Under the pieces are notes generated by a model. That model searched no databases and had not been told where the DNA came from. It was given only the letters and a program-made list of their open reading frames with translations. This document shows positions 1 to 7,538 of a DNA stretch of 11,993 nt, piece after piece. Within the stretch, counting starts at the first letter, position 1. Each line of letters opens with the position of its first letter. This stretch comes from Bdellovibrionia bacterium. Lineage in GTDB: Bacteria; Bdellovibrionota; UBA1018. The translations under genes were made by a program, and so were the position numbers. The DNA is taken from positions 1 through 11,993 of the forward strand of contig JBJMMA010000158.1 of the NCBI GenBank assembly GCA_045805065.1, written 5' to 3'.

Positions 1-86
1 GCTGCAGCCAAGGCTAGAAGCGAAACCAGCCAGCCTATGACAGGTCTGATTCTACGATTTAACGTTTTCTCCGGGCTTTTATCCAT
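1..86 (-). CDS. Partial CDS (N-terminus only, runs off the left edge); probable exported or membrane protein
   Basis: ATG at 86 opens MDKSPEKTLNRRIRPVIGWLVSLLALAA with no stop before the edge: a basic n-region followed by a hydrophobic h-region. A sigma54-like motif lies upstream. No clear SD. Confidence 0.4.
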   Translation of the reverse strand, partial: MDKSPEKTLNRRIRPVIGWLVSLLALAA

Positions 87-143
87 CGGTACGAAATAGC
101 CCGCTCGCTGATCATCCTGTTGAAATGGCACTGTTCAACGGTT

Positions 144-160
144 TGCAAAGCATACGCCTA
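144..160 (-). promoter_or_regulatory. Candidate sigma54 (-24/-12) promoter
   Basis: Minus strand TA-GG-CGTATGCTTT-GC-A (GG at 158-157, GC at 146-145), with exact GG-N10-GC spacing and TTGCA. Intergenic and pointing toward the ORF at 86. Confidence 0.45.
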
Positions 161-174
161 AATAGGCATCAGTC

Positions 175-660
175 TCAAGCCAGCAAACGCTCCTGCTCAA
201 TCCAATTACCGGAGGACTCTGGATAAGGACTCGCGTCGGCAGATGCTGGAGGAAATCCAAAGTAGGCTCCACATGCGGCAAAAAGACCGTGCGCAATAAC
301 CTCTCCTCCAAAGAGAGGCCAGAGCCCGAATAGAGTGCGAGTCGGGGGAATAACGCCCAGCACAGAAAGAGGCGCCATAGCAAAGAAAACAGTCCTCGAG
401 TAGTACGTGGAAACTGGCCGTCCAACTTTTTGATCGGAAAAGTAGCTGAGAATTCCAGCAAGACCGAACGCTGTCAGAGCAACCTTATTAAAAACATTCA
501 GCGGAAACAGCCCAAGATACTGTCCATAACTCTTTTCAACTCGGAGGGGCGGCAATCCCGCTTCAGATGGCGATCGAGACAAACGAGGAATAGCGAGCGC
601 CGTAATGCCCATACCGAGCATCGAGGCTCCGCCGACGAGAGCAAACTTGCGTGCGTTCAT
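175..660 (-). CDS. DUF4383-like small integral membrane protein (161 aa)
   Basis: MNARKFALVGG...; about four hydrophobic segments. Motifs YGQYLGLFPLN, LGVIPPTRTLFGLWPLFGGEVIAH and GAYFGF resemble DUF4383 as I recall the family. Start moved from 858 to the ATG at 660 because the extension overlaps the upstream gene. Confidence 0.75.
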   Translation of the reverse strand: MNARKFALVGGASMLGMGITALAIPRLSRSPSEAGLPPLRVEKSYGQYLGLFPLNVFNKVALTAFGLAGILSYFSDQKVGRPVSTYYSRTVFFAMAPLSVLGVIPPTRTLFGLWPLFGGEVIAHGLFAACGAYFGFPPASADASPYPESSGNWIEQERLLA

Positions 661-673
661 AGAAGAACAAAAG

Positions 674-690
674 TGCAAGTCATGCGCCCG
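674..690 (-). promoter_or_regulatory. Candidate sigma54 (-24/-12) promoter, near-leaderless
   Basis: Minus strand CG-GG-CGCATGACTT-GC-A (GG at 688-687, GC at 676-675). The C of GC is 15 nt from the ATG at 660, which has no SD. Confidence 0.5.
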
Positions 691-710
691 CGAGCGGAGC
701 AACTGATCAT

Positions 711-756
711 GAATAATTTTGGGAATAATTTTGGGAATAACTTTGGGACTACTTTG
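711..756. repeat. 12-bp tandem repeat, 3 copies plus a degenerate fourth
   Basis: GAATAATTTTGG (711-722), GAATAATTTTGG (723-734), GAATAACTTTGG (735-746), GACTA-CTTTG (747-756, overlapping the stop codon of the upstream gene). Confidence 0.9.
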
Positions 757-1090
757 CAGCTTTCTTCTTAGTAGCCTTCTTTGCTGCAGGTTTTTTCTTG
801 GTGGTCTTGCCAGCTTTTTCAGAGGCCGACACCGCATTAAAATCGACCTTCTCAGCATCGATCTGCTCTTGAGTCAGGCCTGCACCCTTCAGGAAACCCA
901 TGAAAGGCTTGGATTCGCCCAAGGTGACATTGACCGCGACACCATCACTCAGAGTGACTTTCAAAATTTCGCTGATCATTTCTTGAGCCTGCGTGAGTGT
1001 GGAGTATTCAAAAATATCTCCGCCTTCTCTCATGCCTTTTTCGTTGGTGAATTCGTAACGCAAGTAAATCGATTTCTTAGCTTTCTTCAT
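749..1090 (-). CDS. Hypothetical protein (113 aa) with a histone-H1-like Lys/Ala-rich C-terminal tail
   Basis: GGAG SD 8 nt before the ATG at 1090. MKKAKKSIYLRYEF...; tail KAGKTTKKKPAAKKATKKKAAK; TAG stop at 751-749. Confidence 0.8.
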   Translation of the reverse strand: MKKAKKSIYLRYEFTNEKGMREGGDIFEYSTLTQAQEMISEILKVTLSDGVAVNVTLGESKPFMGFLKGAGLTQEQIDAEKVDFNAVSASEKAGKTTKKKPAAKKATKKKAAK

Positions 1091-1160
1091 ACTGACATCT
1101 CCGTTCTTGGGAGTGCTGGACCTAGCACATTCGGGGCTCGTCACCAAACTCATTTAATTC

Positions 1161-1166
1161 ATTATA
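1161..1166 (-). promoter_or_regulatory. Candidate sigma70 -10 element for the 749..1090 gene
   Basis: Perfect TATAAT on the minus strand about 70 nt upstream of the ATG, in an AT-rich patch. No recognisable -35. Confidence 0.35.
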
Positions 1167-1298
1167 ACGCCTTGCCCCATTTTAGTTGCCGAAAGTACAA
1201 CGTCGGAAAGATCTGCATCAAGAATCCTACCGCCTGGGGCGTCATCGGCCTTTCGGGATACGACCTTTTGATATTTTGAAACTTTGAGAGGAATAGAG

Positions 1299-1952
1299 AT
1301 GAAAAAGTCGATTCTTGTCCTGGCAGCTTCCATTCTGGTCACTTCCGCAGCTTTCGCTGCTGATCTATCGCTTGAGCAAAACAAGGCCGATCTCGGCGCA
1401 TGCGACGGCACAGCAAAGCTTGTCAGAACCTCGGACGGCAAAGCTGAAATCCGCATCAAGGATGTTCGCCGTTGCTCAAACATGACGCTTCAGATGAAGC
1501 TCGATCGCGACGCCCAAGGCGAATATTCAGTGACCATCCCGATGAACCTGGGCAAGGAAGCTGACATTCAACTCAGCTCCAACAGCGGCACGACATCCAC
1601 TCACCTGAACGTGAGCACGACTGAAGTTGAAACCGCTCCAGAACTTTTCTCAGGCGCAACTCGTGACCTTCAGAACTGCCAAGGTCTTGTCCGTTTCAGC
1701 GCAGGCTACTCCTCCCCTGCCACGGTCGTTTTCCAGAACGTGAAGAACTGCAACCACTTCACGATCGTCTCCGTGAACGGACATGCTTTTGATTATCAGA
1801 AGAAGCTTCAAGACCAGGGCGCAACCTGGGGTGGATCGTTCACCCTCCCAGCATCGGCCATGCAATACGGCCGTAACCGCGTAAAAGTCGCGGTCGAAGG
1901 CCCGATGAACAAGGATTCGTTCCTCCTCGTTTTCGACTCTTACCAGCGCTAA
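1299..1952 (+). CDS. Secreted hypothetical protein (217 aa) with two tandem Cys-x23-Cys domains
   Basis: SD GAGAGGA at 1286-1292. Sec signal peptide MKKSILVLAASILVTSAAFA|AD. Internal repeats DLGACDG...VRRCSN and DLQNCQG...VKNCNH. Followed by a terminator. Confidence 0.88.
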   Translation: MKKSILVLAASILVTSAAFAADLSLEQNKADLGACDGTAKLVRTSDGKAEIRIKDVRRCSNMTLQMKLDRDAQGEYSVTIPMNLGKEADIQLSSNSGTTSTHLNVSTTEVETAPELFSGATRDLQNCQGLVRFSAGYSSPATVVFQNVKNCNHFTIVSVNGHAFDYQKKLQDQGATWGGSFTLPASAMQYGRNRVKVAVEGPMNKDSFLLVFDSYQR

Positions 1953-1977
1953 GCTTTAAACTGAGTCTGGACACTAT

Positions 1978-2019
1978 AAACCCGGCGCTTCCCTTTCAGG
2001 GTTCGCCGGGTTTTCTTTT
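1978..2019 (+). terminator. Rho-independent terminator
   Basis: AAACCCGGCG (1978-1987) pairs with CGCCGGGTTT (2004-2013), with an inner CCCT/AGGG stem and a TTTTCTTTT tail. Starts 25 nt after the stop at 1952. Confidence 0.88.
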
Positions 2020-2026
2020 AGTAGTT

Positions 2027-2047
2027 GGTAAACATTATAGATTTACC
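2027..2047. promoter_or_regulatory. Inverted repeat upstream of the RND operon; candidate operator
   Basis: GGTAAA-CATTATAGA-TTTACC, AT-rich and intergenic, 23 nt upstream of a TTGACT (-35-like) hexamer at 2071-2076. Confidence 0.35.
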
Positions 2048-2131
2048 GCGATAACTCGGCCCTTCCATAATTGACTCATTGCGCCGCCCTTAGTAAGAGA
2101 AGCCCTTCAATCCACATTCCCGGGGGCCCTC

Positions 2132-3034
2132 ATGAGCAAAAGTAACCACGTATTGAGCCTTGCGCTCTTTCTCGCGCTGAGCGCGACTCTCGCTCCGTCT
2201 TTTGCTGAGACCGCACCTCCGGCTGCAACCGTTTTTGGGAAAAGCGTCACATCCGAGCTCTACAGTGACGAGCTGACCTACCCGGCCCGAGTCGTTCCTA
2301 AGATCAACAGCAACGTTCTGGCCGACACGGACGGCGTGGTCACCAAAATTCCCGCGGTCCTTGGCCAAAAGGTCAGTGCCAGGCAGACCCTGATCGTCAT
2401 CACTCACACAGATCCTGTTTATCAATTTGCGCCAATGAAGGTGGCCTCGCCCATCTCCGGAGTTGTCAGCGCCATCAACGTGGCTGAAGGCTCGCAAGTG
2501 AATAAGGGAGAAAAACTGGCGTCCGTCACGGATCCGAGAAAACTGAGAGTCGTGATTGAAGTACCGGCAGAAGATCTCGATTCGCTCAAGAAAGGCATTC
2601 CGGCTGAGTTCCGTATCTCAGGCCGCCCTGATCCCATTGCTGTGAAACTTCAAGGCATGAGTCCCTTCGTGGATCCATCCACCGGAACCGCAACCTGCGA
2701 GTTCGATGTGGATCCCGTTCACGCCTCTCTTTCTCCTGGAATCGTAGGGCGCATCATCATGAGCGTCCACCAGCGCAAGGGCATCCGCATCCCTGAGTAC
2801 GCCATCCTTTATCGGGGTCAGTCGCCTTACGCCCGAATCTACGAGAACGGAAAAGTCCGCTACTCCACTCTCAAGCTGGGAAAAAAGCAGGAAGGCTTCG
2901 TTGAGATCCTCTCCGGCCTCAAAGACAAGGACATGGTCATTGAGCGGGCCAGCCGATTTGTGGCTGATGGAGAATCAGTTCAGCTGGATCCAGGCAGTCA
3001 AGCAAATCAAGGCGCTCAGGGTCATTCATCATGA
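2132..3034 (+). CDS. RND efflux periplasmic adaptor (membrane fusion protein), hairpin-less type (300 aa)
   Basis: Signal peptide ending SFA|ET; two lipoyl half-motifs (DGVVTKIPAVLGQKV and SPISGVVSAINVAEGSQV); beta-barrel motifs ISP-like MSPFVDPSTGT and PGIVGR; membrane-proximal IPEYAI...LG...VEILSGLKDKDMV. ATGA overlap with the permease. Confidence 0.93.
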   Translation: MSKSNHVLSLALFLALSATLAPSFAETAPPAATVFGKSVTSELYSDELTYPARVVPKINSNVLADTDGVVTKIPAVLGQKVSARQTLIVITHTDPVYQFAPMKVASPISGVVSAINVAEGSQVNKGEKLASVTDPRKLRVVIEVPAEDLDSLKKGIPAEFRISGRPDPIAVKLQGMSPFVDPSTGTATCEFDVDPVHASLSPGIVGRIIMSVHQRKGIRIPEYAILYRGQSPYARIYENGKVRYSTLKLGKKQEGFVEILSGLKDKDMVIERASRFVADGESVQLDPGSQANQGAQGHSS

Positions 3035-6000
3035 AGAGCCTTTATTCAGCACCGCTTCGCGTTTACCTGATGCTGGCGGGACTCGCGCTGGCTGGAATTT
3101 ATGCCGGAATGGGCCTGCCCGTCTCGCTCTTTCCGAACAGCTCCAAGCCCACGATCGACGTCGTGATGAATTACGGGAACTATACGCCTGAGGAGTTCCT
3201 CAATGCGTTCGGATCCTCGCTCGAAGAACAGCTCCGCGGCATCAACACCGAGCGCCTGCACGTCAATCAAGTTTCCGCCAACTATGAACGGAGCTCGGTA
3301 GACATCTCGGTTGAGTTCGACTGGGGCTGTCCTCCACTCGAAGCGCTTCGTGAAGTGAATAGCGTCGTCAATGCTTACTCTGCGCGTTTTCCGAGCGAAA
3401 TCCGAAACAGCATGAGAACCTGGTCGAACAGTGAGAATTCGGGTTTCATGGCCGTCAGCTTTTACAGCTCCAAGCGATCTCTCAACGACATTTACAATGC
3501 GCTCGACCCGATCTTGTCTCCCCTTCTTGCCAAAGTTCAGGACGCAGGCGATGCCGGTCTTTACAACCCGGCTCGAAAAGATGTTCAGATCGAGATCAAT
3601 CCTGAGCGAATGGCATCTCTTCAACTGCTTCCCCGCGATCTGAGCCGAGCCATTGAGGATGGGCTTTATGGCGCAAACGGCGGCTCCTTTGCTTCCGTCG
3701 CCCAGACTTATTCCATCTCCATGCCTCGAGCTCTTCAAAACGTGGCAGATCTTGCAAAGCTTCCGGTGCGCTCCAATAGTGGAGCAGTCGTTCACCTGGG
3801 CGATATTGCGAAGATCGAGTATGCCATAAAGCCTGACGGAACACGAAGCTTCAAGACCAACGGAGCTCCCAGCATCATTCTATTCGCCGAACCCAAAGCC
3901 GGTGGAAATGTGAAACGAATGAGCGAGGACGTCCTGAGCGCTGTCGTGAAATCTCGCCCTAACATTCCAAGCGACATCGAATACAAGGTTCTGGTCGATC
4001 CTTCAGAGTTCATCCGCTCTGCCATCCAGAACGTCATGCGCGAAGTTCTGATGGGTGGATTGCTTGCAGTATGCATCCTGTTTCTCTTTGTCGGAAGCTT
4101 CCGCAATACCGTTACTGCTGCGATCGAGATCCCATTGAGCATGGTGCTCGCTTTTATTCCCATGAAACTCTCGGGAATGAACCTCAACCTTATCTCATTG
4201 GGTGGACTCGCCCTCTCAGCCGGCATGAATGTCGATGCTTCGGTCGTCGTGATGGAAAACATCTTCCGTCATTTCGAGGAAGAAAAAGGCCCCCTCACCT
4301 CATCCAGAAAGCTTGAGATCCTGATCCGCTCCGTGAAGGAAGTGCGATTCTCAGTCATCGCATCAACCATCGCGTCTCTCGTTGTTTTTCTTCCACTGGC
4401 GTTCACATCGCAGCTCAGTAACGCCATCCTGGGAGACCTGGCCAAGACCGTTGTCTTCTCTCACGGCTTTTCAGCGTTTGTCGCGCTGATCCTGGTGCCG
4501 ACCGTTCGGTTGCAACTGATGTCAGGTAAAAAGACCGAGCTTCACGTCAAATCGCCGATCGAACCCTGGATCGTCCGTTTGGAAAATCTTTACGAGAAGT
4601 ACCTGGATCTTTTCATCCGCAGCGCGCGCTATCAACGAATTACTTATATCAGCCTTGCGACGTCACTGGTCCTGCTTCTTGCTCTGGCTCTTCCCAGACT
4701 CCCGAAAGAAATCGTCGGAATGCCTGACACCGACTGGATCATGGTTCGGTTGAACGCCAAGGGCAATACGATGTTCCGTCAGATGGATGCTCAAACCGAA
4801 GAGTTTGAAGCGAAACTTCTCGCTGATTTTGGCGAGCACATTCAATACACCTTCACGCAGGTCAACCAGGCCAATCGCGCAAGCGTCATGGCACGCCTCA
4901 AAGACAAAAGCGAAATGCGCCAGATCTGGAAGGCGATGGAAGCAAAATACGTCAACACGCCTTTCATGCGCTTTGGTGTGGACTCGTGGAACCCGGCAGA
5001 ACTTCCGATTCCCAACCCTCCTGCGCTCAAGGTTTCCGTGCAAGGTGGCACTCTTGAGGATCGCTCGGCTGCGGCCGAAGAACTCTCCAACATGTTCGAA
5101 GAGCACCAAGTCGTGCCACGAGTCTGGACCAACCCCGATGTCTCTCACTCAGACACGATTGTGCTGAAGCCCAATCTTGACCGATGGGCGGCGCTCGATC
5201 CCTCCAAGCTTGGCCTTACGCCGAGCGATCTGGCCGATATGGTGCGAGTGGCAACCTCTGGCAAGCCTGCATCCATTGACCTGCCGATCGATGGCCGAAC
5301 CGCATCGGTCAATCTCAGGTTCCCGCAGGAGTACGTAAAAACTCCTGAGGATATCGGCTCGCTTCCTGTCGGTGCGGGCGGAAAGCTCATGCCCCTGCGC
5401 GGACTGGTGCAGGTCTCTGTTGAAAGCGCAAAGCCTCCGATCTACCGCGAAAACGGTCGCGAGATGTTTCAGATCATCGGACGCAATAATTCCAGCAGTG
5501 ACGGAAAAAGTTCCGATAAGTCATATCTCAAGCAGGCCGAGAAACTTGCTGATGAATGGAAAACCCGCGACGCTCAGAAAAATGGCGATCACCCCTCCGT
5601 GGTCTTCGAAGAAGCTGACAAGGATCTCAATGATGCCTTGAAGCAGCTCAGCGTGGCCGTGGGACTCTCGATTCTTCTGATTTTCATCACCCTCGTTGTT
5701 CAATTTGGCAGCTTCATGAACGCGCTGCTAGTGATGGTTGCAATCCCGCTGGGAATGATCGGGGTCATCGCCTCGCTATTCGTCTTCAGAAGCACGCTCT
5801 CGCTCAACTCCGCCTTGGGCGTGATTCTCTTGAACGGAATCTCGGTTGCCAACAGCATCATTCTGGTCGATTTCCAAAAGAAACTCTTTGATCAGGGCAA
5901 AACTCCTCTTGAAGCCGCTCTCGAAGCAGGAAGAAAACGCCTGCGCCCGATTTTGATCACTTCGCTGACAACCATTCTGGCCATGCTGCCGGTCGCGCTG

Positions 6001-6246
6001 GGTTTAGGTGAAGGGGGCAGAATTCTACAGCCTCTGGGGATTGCAGTGGCAGGAGGCCTTTGGGTTTCGATGGGATTCACCCTCTTTGTCGTCCCTGCCT
6101 TGCAGGTTGCCTATCTCAAGCGACAAAAACGCCCTGATTTAAACCCAACTGGAATTCCTGTTGAGACCCTTGAGGCCTTTGACAACGATGACTTTGACAC
6201 TCAAGGCATGCCCTCTCACCATCCCGCTCCGGAGATGATTCAATGA
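3031..6246 (+). CDS. RND efflux permease, AcrB/AcrD/AcrF-like superfamily (1071 aa)
   Basis: Length and topology fit RND. Motifs LPVSLFPN, IPLS, LNLISLGGLALSAGMNVDASVVVMENI, VFLPL, RLRPILITSLTTILAMLP and QPLGIAVAGGL. Confidence 0.97.
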   Translation: MKSLYSAPLRVYLMLAGLALAGIYAGMGLPVSLFPNSSKPTIDVVMNYGNYTPEEFLNAFGSSLEEQLRGINTERLHVNQVSANYERSSVDISVEFDWGCPPLEALREVNSVVNAYSARFPSEIRNSMRTWSNSENSGFMAVSFYSSKRSLNDIYNALDPILSPLLAKVQDAGDAGLYNPARKDVQIEINPERMASLQLLPRDLSRAIEDGLYGANGGSFASVAQTYSISMPRALQNVADLAKLPVRSNSGAVVHLGDIAKIEYAIKPDGTRSFKTNGAPSIILFAEPKAGGNVKRMSEDVLSAVVKSRPNIPSDIEYKVLVDPSEFIRSAIQNVMREVLMGGLLAVCILFLFVGSFRNTVTAAIEIPLSMVLAFIPMKLSGMNLNLISLGGLALSAGMNVDASVVVMENIFRHFEEEKGPLTSSRKLEILIRSVKEVRFSVIASTIASLVVFLPLAFTSQLSNAILGDLAKTVVFSHGFSAFVALILVPTVRLQLMSGKKTELHVKSPIEPWIVRLENLYEKYLDLFIRSARYQRITYISLATSLVLLLALALPRLPKEIVGMPDTDWIMVRLNAKGNTMFRQMDAQTEEFEAKLLADFGEHIQYTFTQVNQANRASVMARLKDKSEMRQIWKAMEAKYVNTPFMRFGVDSWNPAELPIPNPPALKVSVQGGTLEDRSAAAEELSNMFEEHQVVPRVWTNPDVSHSDTIVLKPNLDRWAALDPSKLGLTPSDLADMVRVATSGKPASIDLPIDGRTASVNLRFPQEYVKTPEDIGSLPVGAGGKLMPLRGLVQVSVESAKPPIYRENGREMFQIIGRNNSSSDGKSSDKSYLKQAEKLADEWKTRDAQKNGDHPSVVFEEADKDLNDALKQLSVAVGLSILLIFITLVVQFGSFMNALLVMVAIPLGMIGVIASLFVFRSTLSLNSALGVILLNGISVANSIILVDFQKKLFDQGKTPLEAALEAGRKRLRPILITSLTTILAMLPVALGLGEGGRILQPLGIAVAGGLWVSMGFTLFVVPALQVAYLKRQKRPDLNPTGIPVETLEAFDNDDFDTQGMPSHHPAPEMIQ

Positions 6247-7523
6247 GAGCACTGCATCTGATCCTGATCCCTTTGTCTCTGATGACCTCTGCTTTGGCAG
6301 GGGCCGGGGAAACGCCATTAGGGTTTGACCAGGCCCTGAATCAGATCATGGCTCGAAGCACTCAGATCGGGGCGCAGCGTGAGGCATACGAATCCCTTGA
6401 ATCGGCAAATCTGCCGACGCGGCTTTTTTATCTTCCCACCATTTCAACCAATGCAAAGGTCTCTTACAACGGAGATCCCAGCAGCGTCAGGCTCCGAACC
6501 GCACGCCATGCGGAAGTGCAAGCCGATCTGAACATCTTTCGCTTTGGCGCTGACTATACGCAGCTTCGGGCCGCGCAAAACGATGAGGCTCAGCAGAAAG
6601 AAGTCCTCTCGAGCACGATTCTTCAAACCGAAGATCAGGCGGTCCAGGCATTGATCGAAGCGATCAGAACGGGCTTCGAACTCGACGTTCTGCGCCGTCA
6701 GGTCAAAGTTCGAGAAGAAGCGCTGCAGATCGCACAAAAGCGCTATGAGCGTGGCTTTCTTGCCGAACAGGAAGTACGAAAAGTCCTGATCGATGTCTCC
6801 AATGCTCAATCGCGTCTGGCTCAAGGTGAGCTATCATCCATTGAAGCAAATTCCACTTTGCGCAGTCTGCTTGGGCCCGACCCTATCGCGATTCAATGGC
6901 CATGGAAGACGGCTCTGACATCAGCAAAAGCCGATGAGCTTACCAAACGATTCAAGTTCGATTTGAAAGACAGGCCTGACTGGGCGGCTGCACAGGCTCG
7001 GTTGACCGCTAATGAGTATCGACGAACACATAATTACTTGCTCATGCTTCCAAGCCTCGACGCGAGCATCACCTACGGCTACTACAAATATGACTTCGAT
7101 GCGGGGGCTCCTAACGGCCCTGCATGGCAGGGAGCCTTCGTGGTGACGCTTCCGATTTTTGATCGTCTGGTTAATTTGTCGAATGGGCGTGCACAAGCTC
7201 ACCTGGTCCGACAAGCTGCGTTTCAGCAAACTGAAGTCGAACGCAACGCTGATGCCCAAGTAAGTGCGGCAAAACAAAGCCTCCTACGTGCCGTGACTTC
7301 CGCTGCCGAAAGAGACACCACACTCTCAAAGTCCATGAACCTTTATCAGGACAGCTTGAGAAGATTTCAGAACGGCCGAGCCGATACCAATGAAATGCTT
7401 CTGGATCAAACGCGGGTACTAGATACGGAGCTTCTGGCAATTTCCGGTTGGTCTGAAGCGCATCTCGCGCTCGCCCGATTTTGCCATAGCCTTGGCAAAC
7501 GCGTCGCCGAGTGCCTGCGCTGA
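6243..7523 (+). CDS. TolC-family outer membrane efflux protein (426 aa)
   Basis: Signal peptide; two outer-membrane-factor repeats (YLPTIS...LNIFRFG...RYERG and RPD...LPSLDAS...LPIFD...RFQNG). ATGA overlap with the permease stop. Confidence 0.93.
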   Translation: MRALHLILIPLSLMTSALAGAGETPLGFDQALNQIMARSTQIGAQREAYESLESANLPTRLFYLPTISTNAKVSYNGDPSSVRLRTARHAEVQADLNIFRFGADYTQLRAAQNDEAQQKEVLSSTILQTEDQAVQALIEAIRTGFELDVLRRQVKVREEALQIAQKRYERGFLAEQEVRKVLIDVSNAQSRLAQGELSSIEANSTLRSLLGPDPIAIQWPWKTALTSAKADELTKRFKFDLKDRPDWAAAQARLTANEYRRTHNYLLMLPSLDASITYGYYKYDFDAGAPNGPAWQGAFVVTLPIFDRLVNLSNGRAQAHLVRQAAFQQTEVERNADAQVSAAKQSLLRAVTSAAERDTTLSKSMNLYQDSLRRFQNGRADTNEMLLDQTRVLDTELLAISGWSEAHLALARFCHSLGKRVAECLR

Positions 7524-7538
7524 CATTTCCTTGGTTCG

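Noticed and set aside
126..147. Plus-strand TGGCAC...TTGCA as a sigma54 site
   Set aside because: The spacing is wrong (not GG-N10-GC) and there is no credible plus-strand gene downstream.
119..167. Short inverted repeats GTTGAA-N9-TTCAAC (119-139) and GCCTA-AA-TAGGC (156-167)
   Set aside because: Arms of only 5-6 bp and no U-tail; not distinguishable from chance, though they flank the candidate promoter.
711..756. CRISPR array or iterons
   Set aside because: The units are contiguous 12-mers with no spacers, and there is no cas or rep gene.
661..858. 66-aa N-terminal extension of ORF 175..858
   Set aside because: It overlaps the 3' end of the 749..1090 gene in another frame and crosses the tandem repeat. 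Family-like sequence begins at Met 660.
1185..1265. Possible c-di-GMP-I riboswitch (GAAA loops; CCGAAAGG...GACGC on the minus strand)
   Set aside because: It lacks the GCAAA elements and a convincing P1/P3 pairing. An Rfam/Infernal scan would be decisive.
719..1279. 186-aa plus-strand ORF
   Set aside because: Antisense shadow of the histone-like gene; its Phe/Leu/Cys-rich start is just the complement of Lys/Ala codons.
1091..1298. Longer starts at 1153 (minus) and 1284 (plus)
   Set aside because: The SD motifs sit in front of the ATGs at 1090 and 1299, and the signal peptide begins at 1299.
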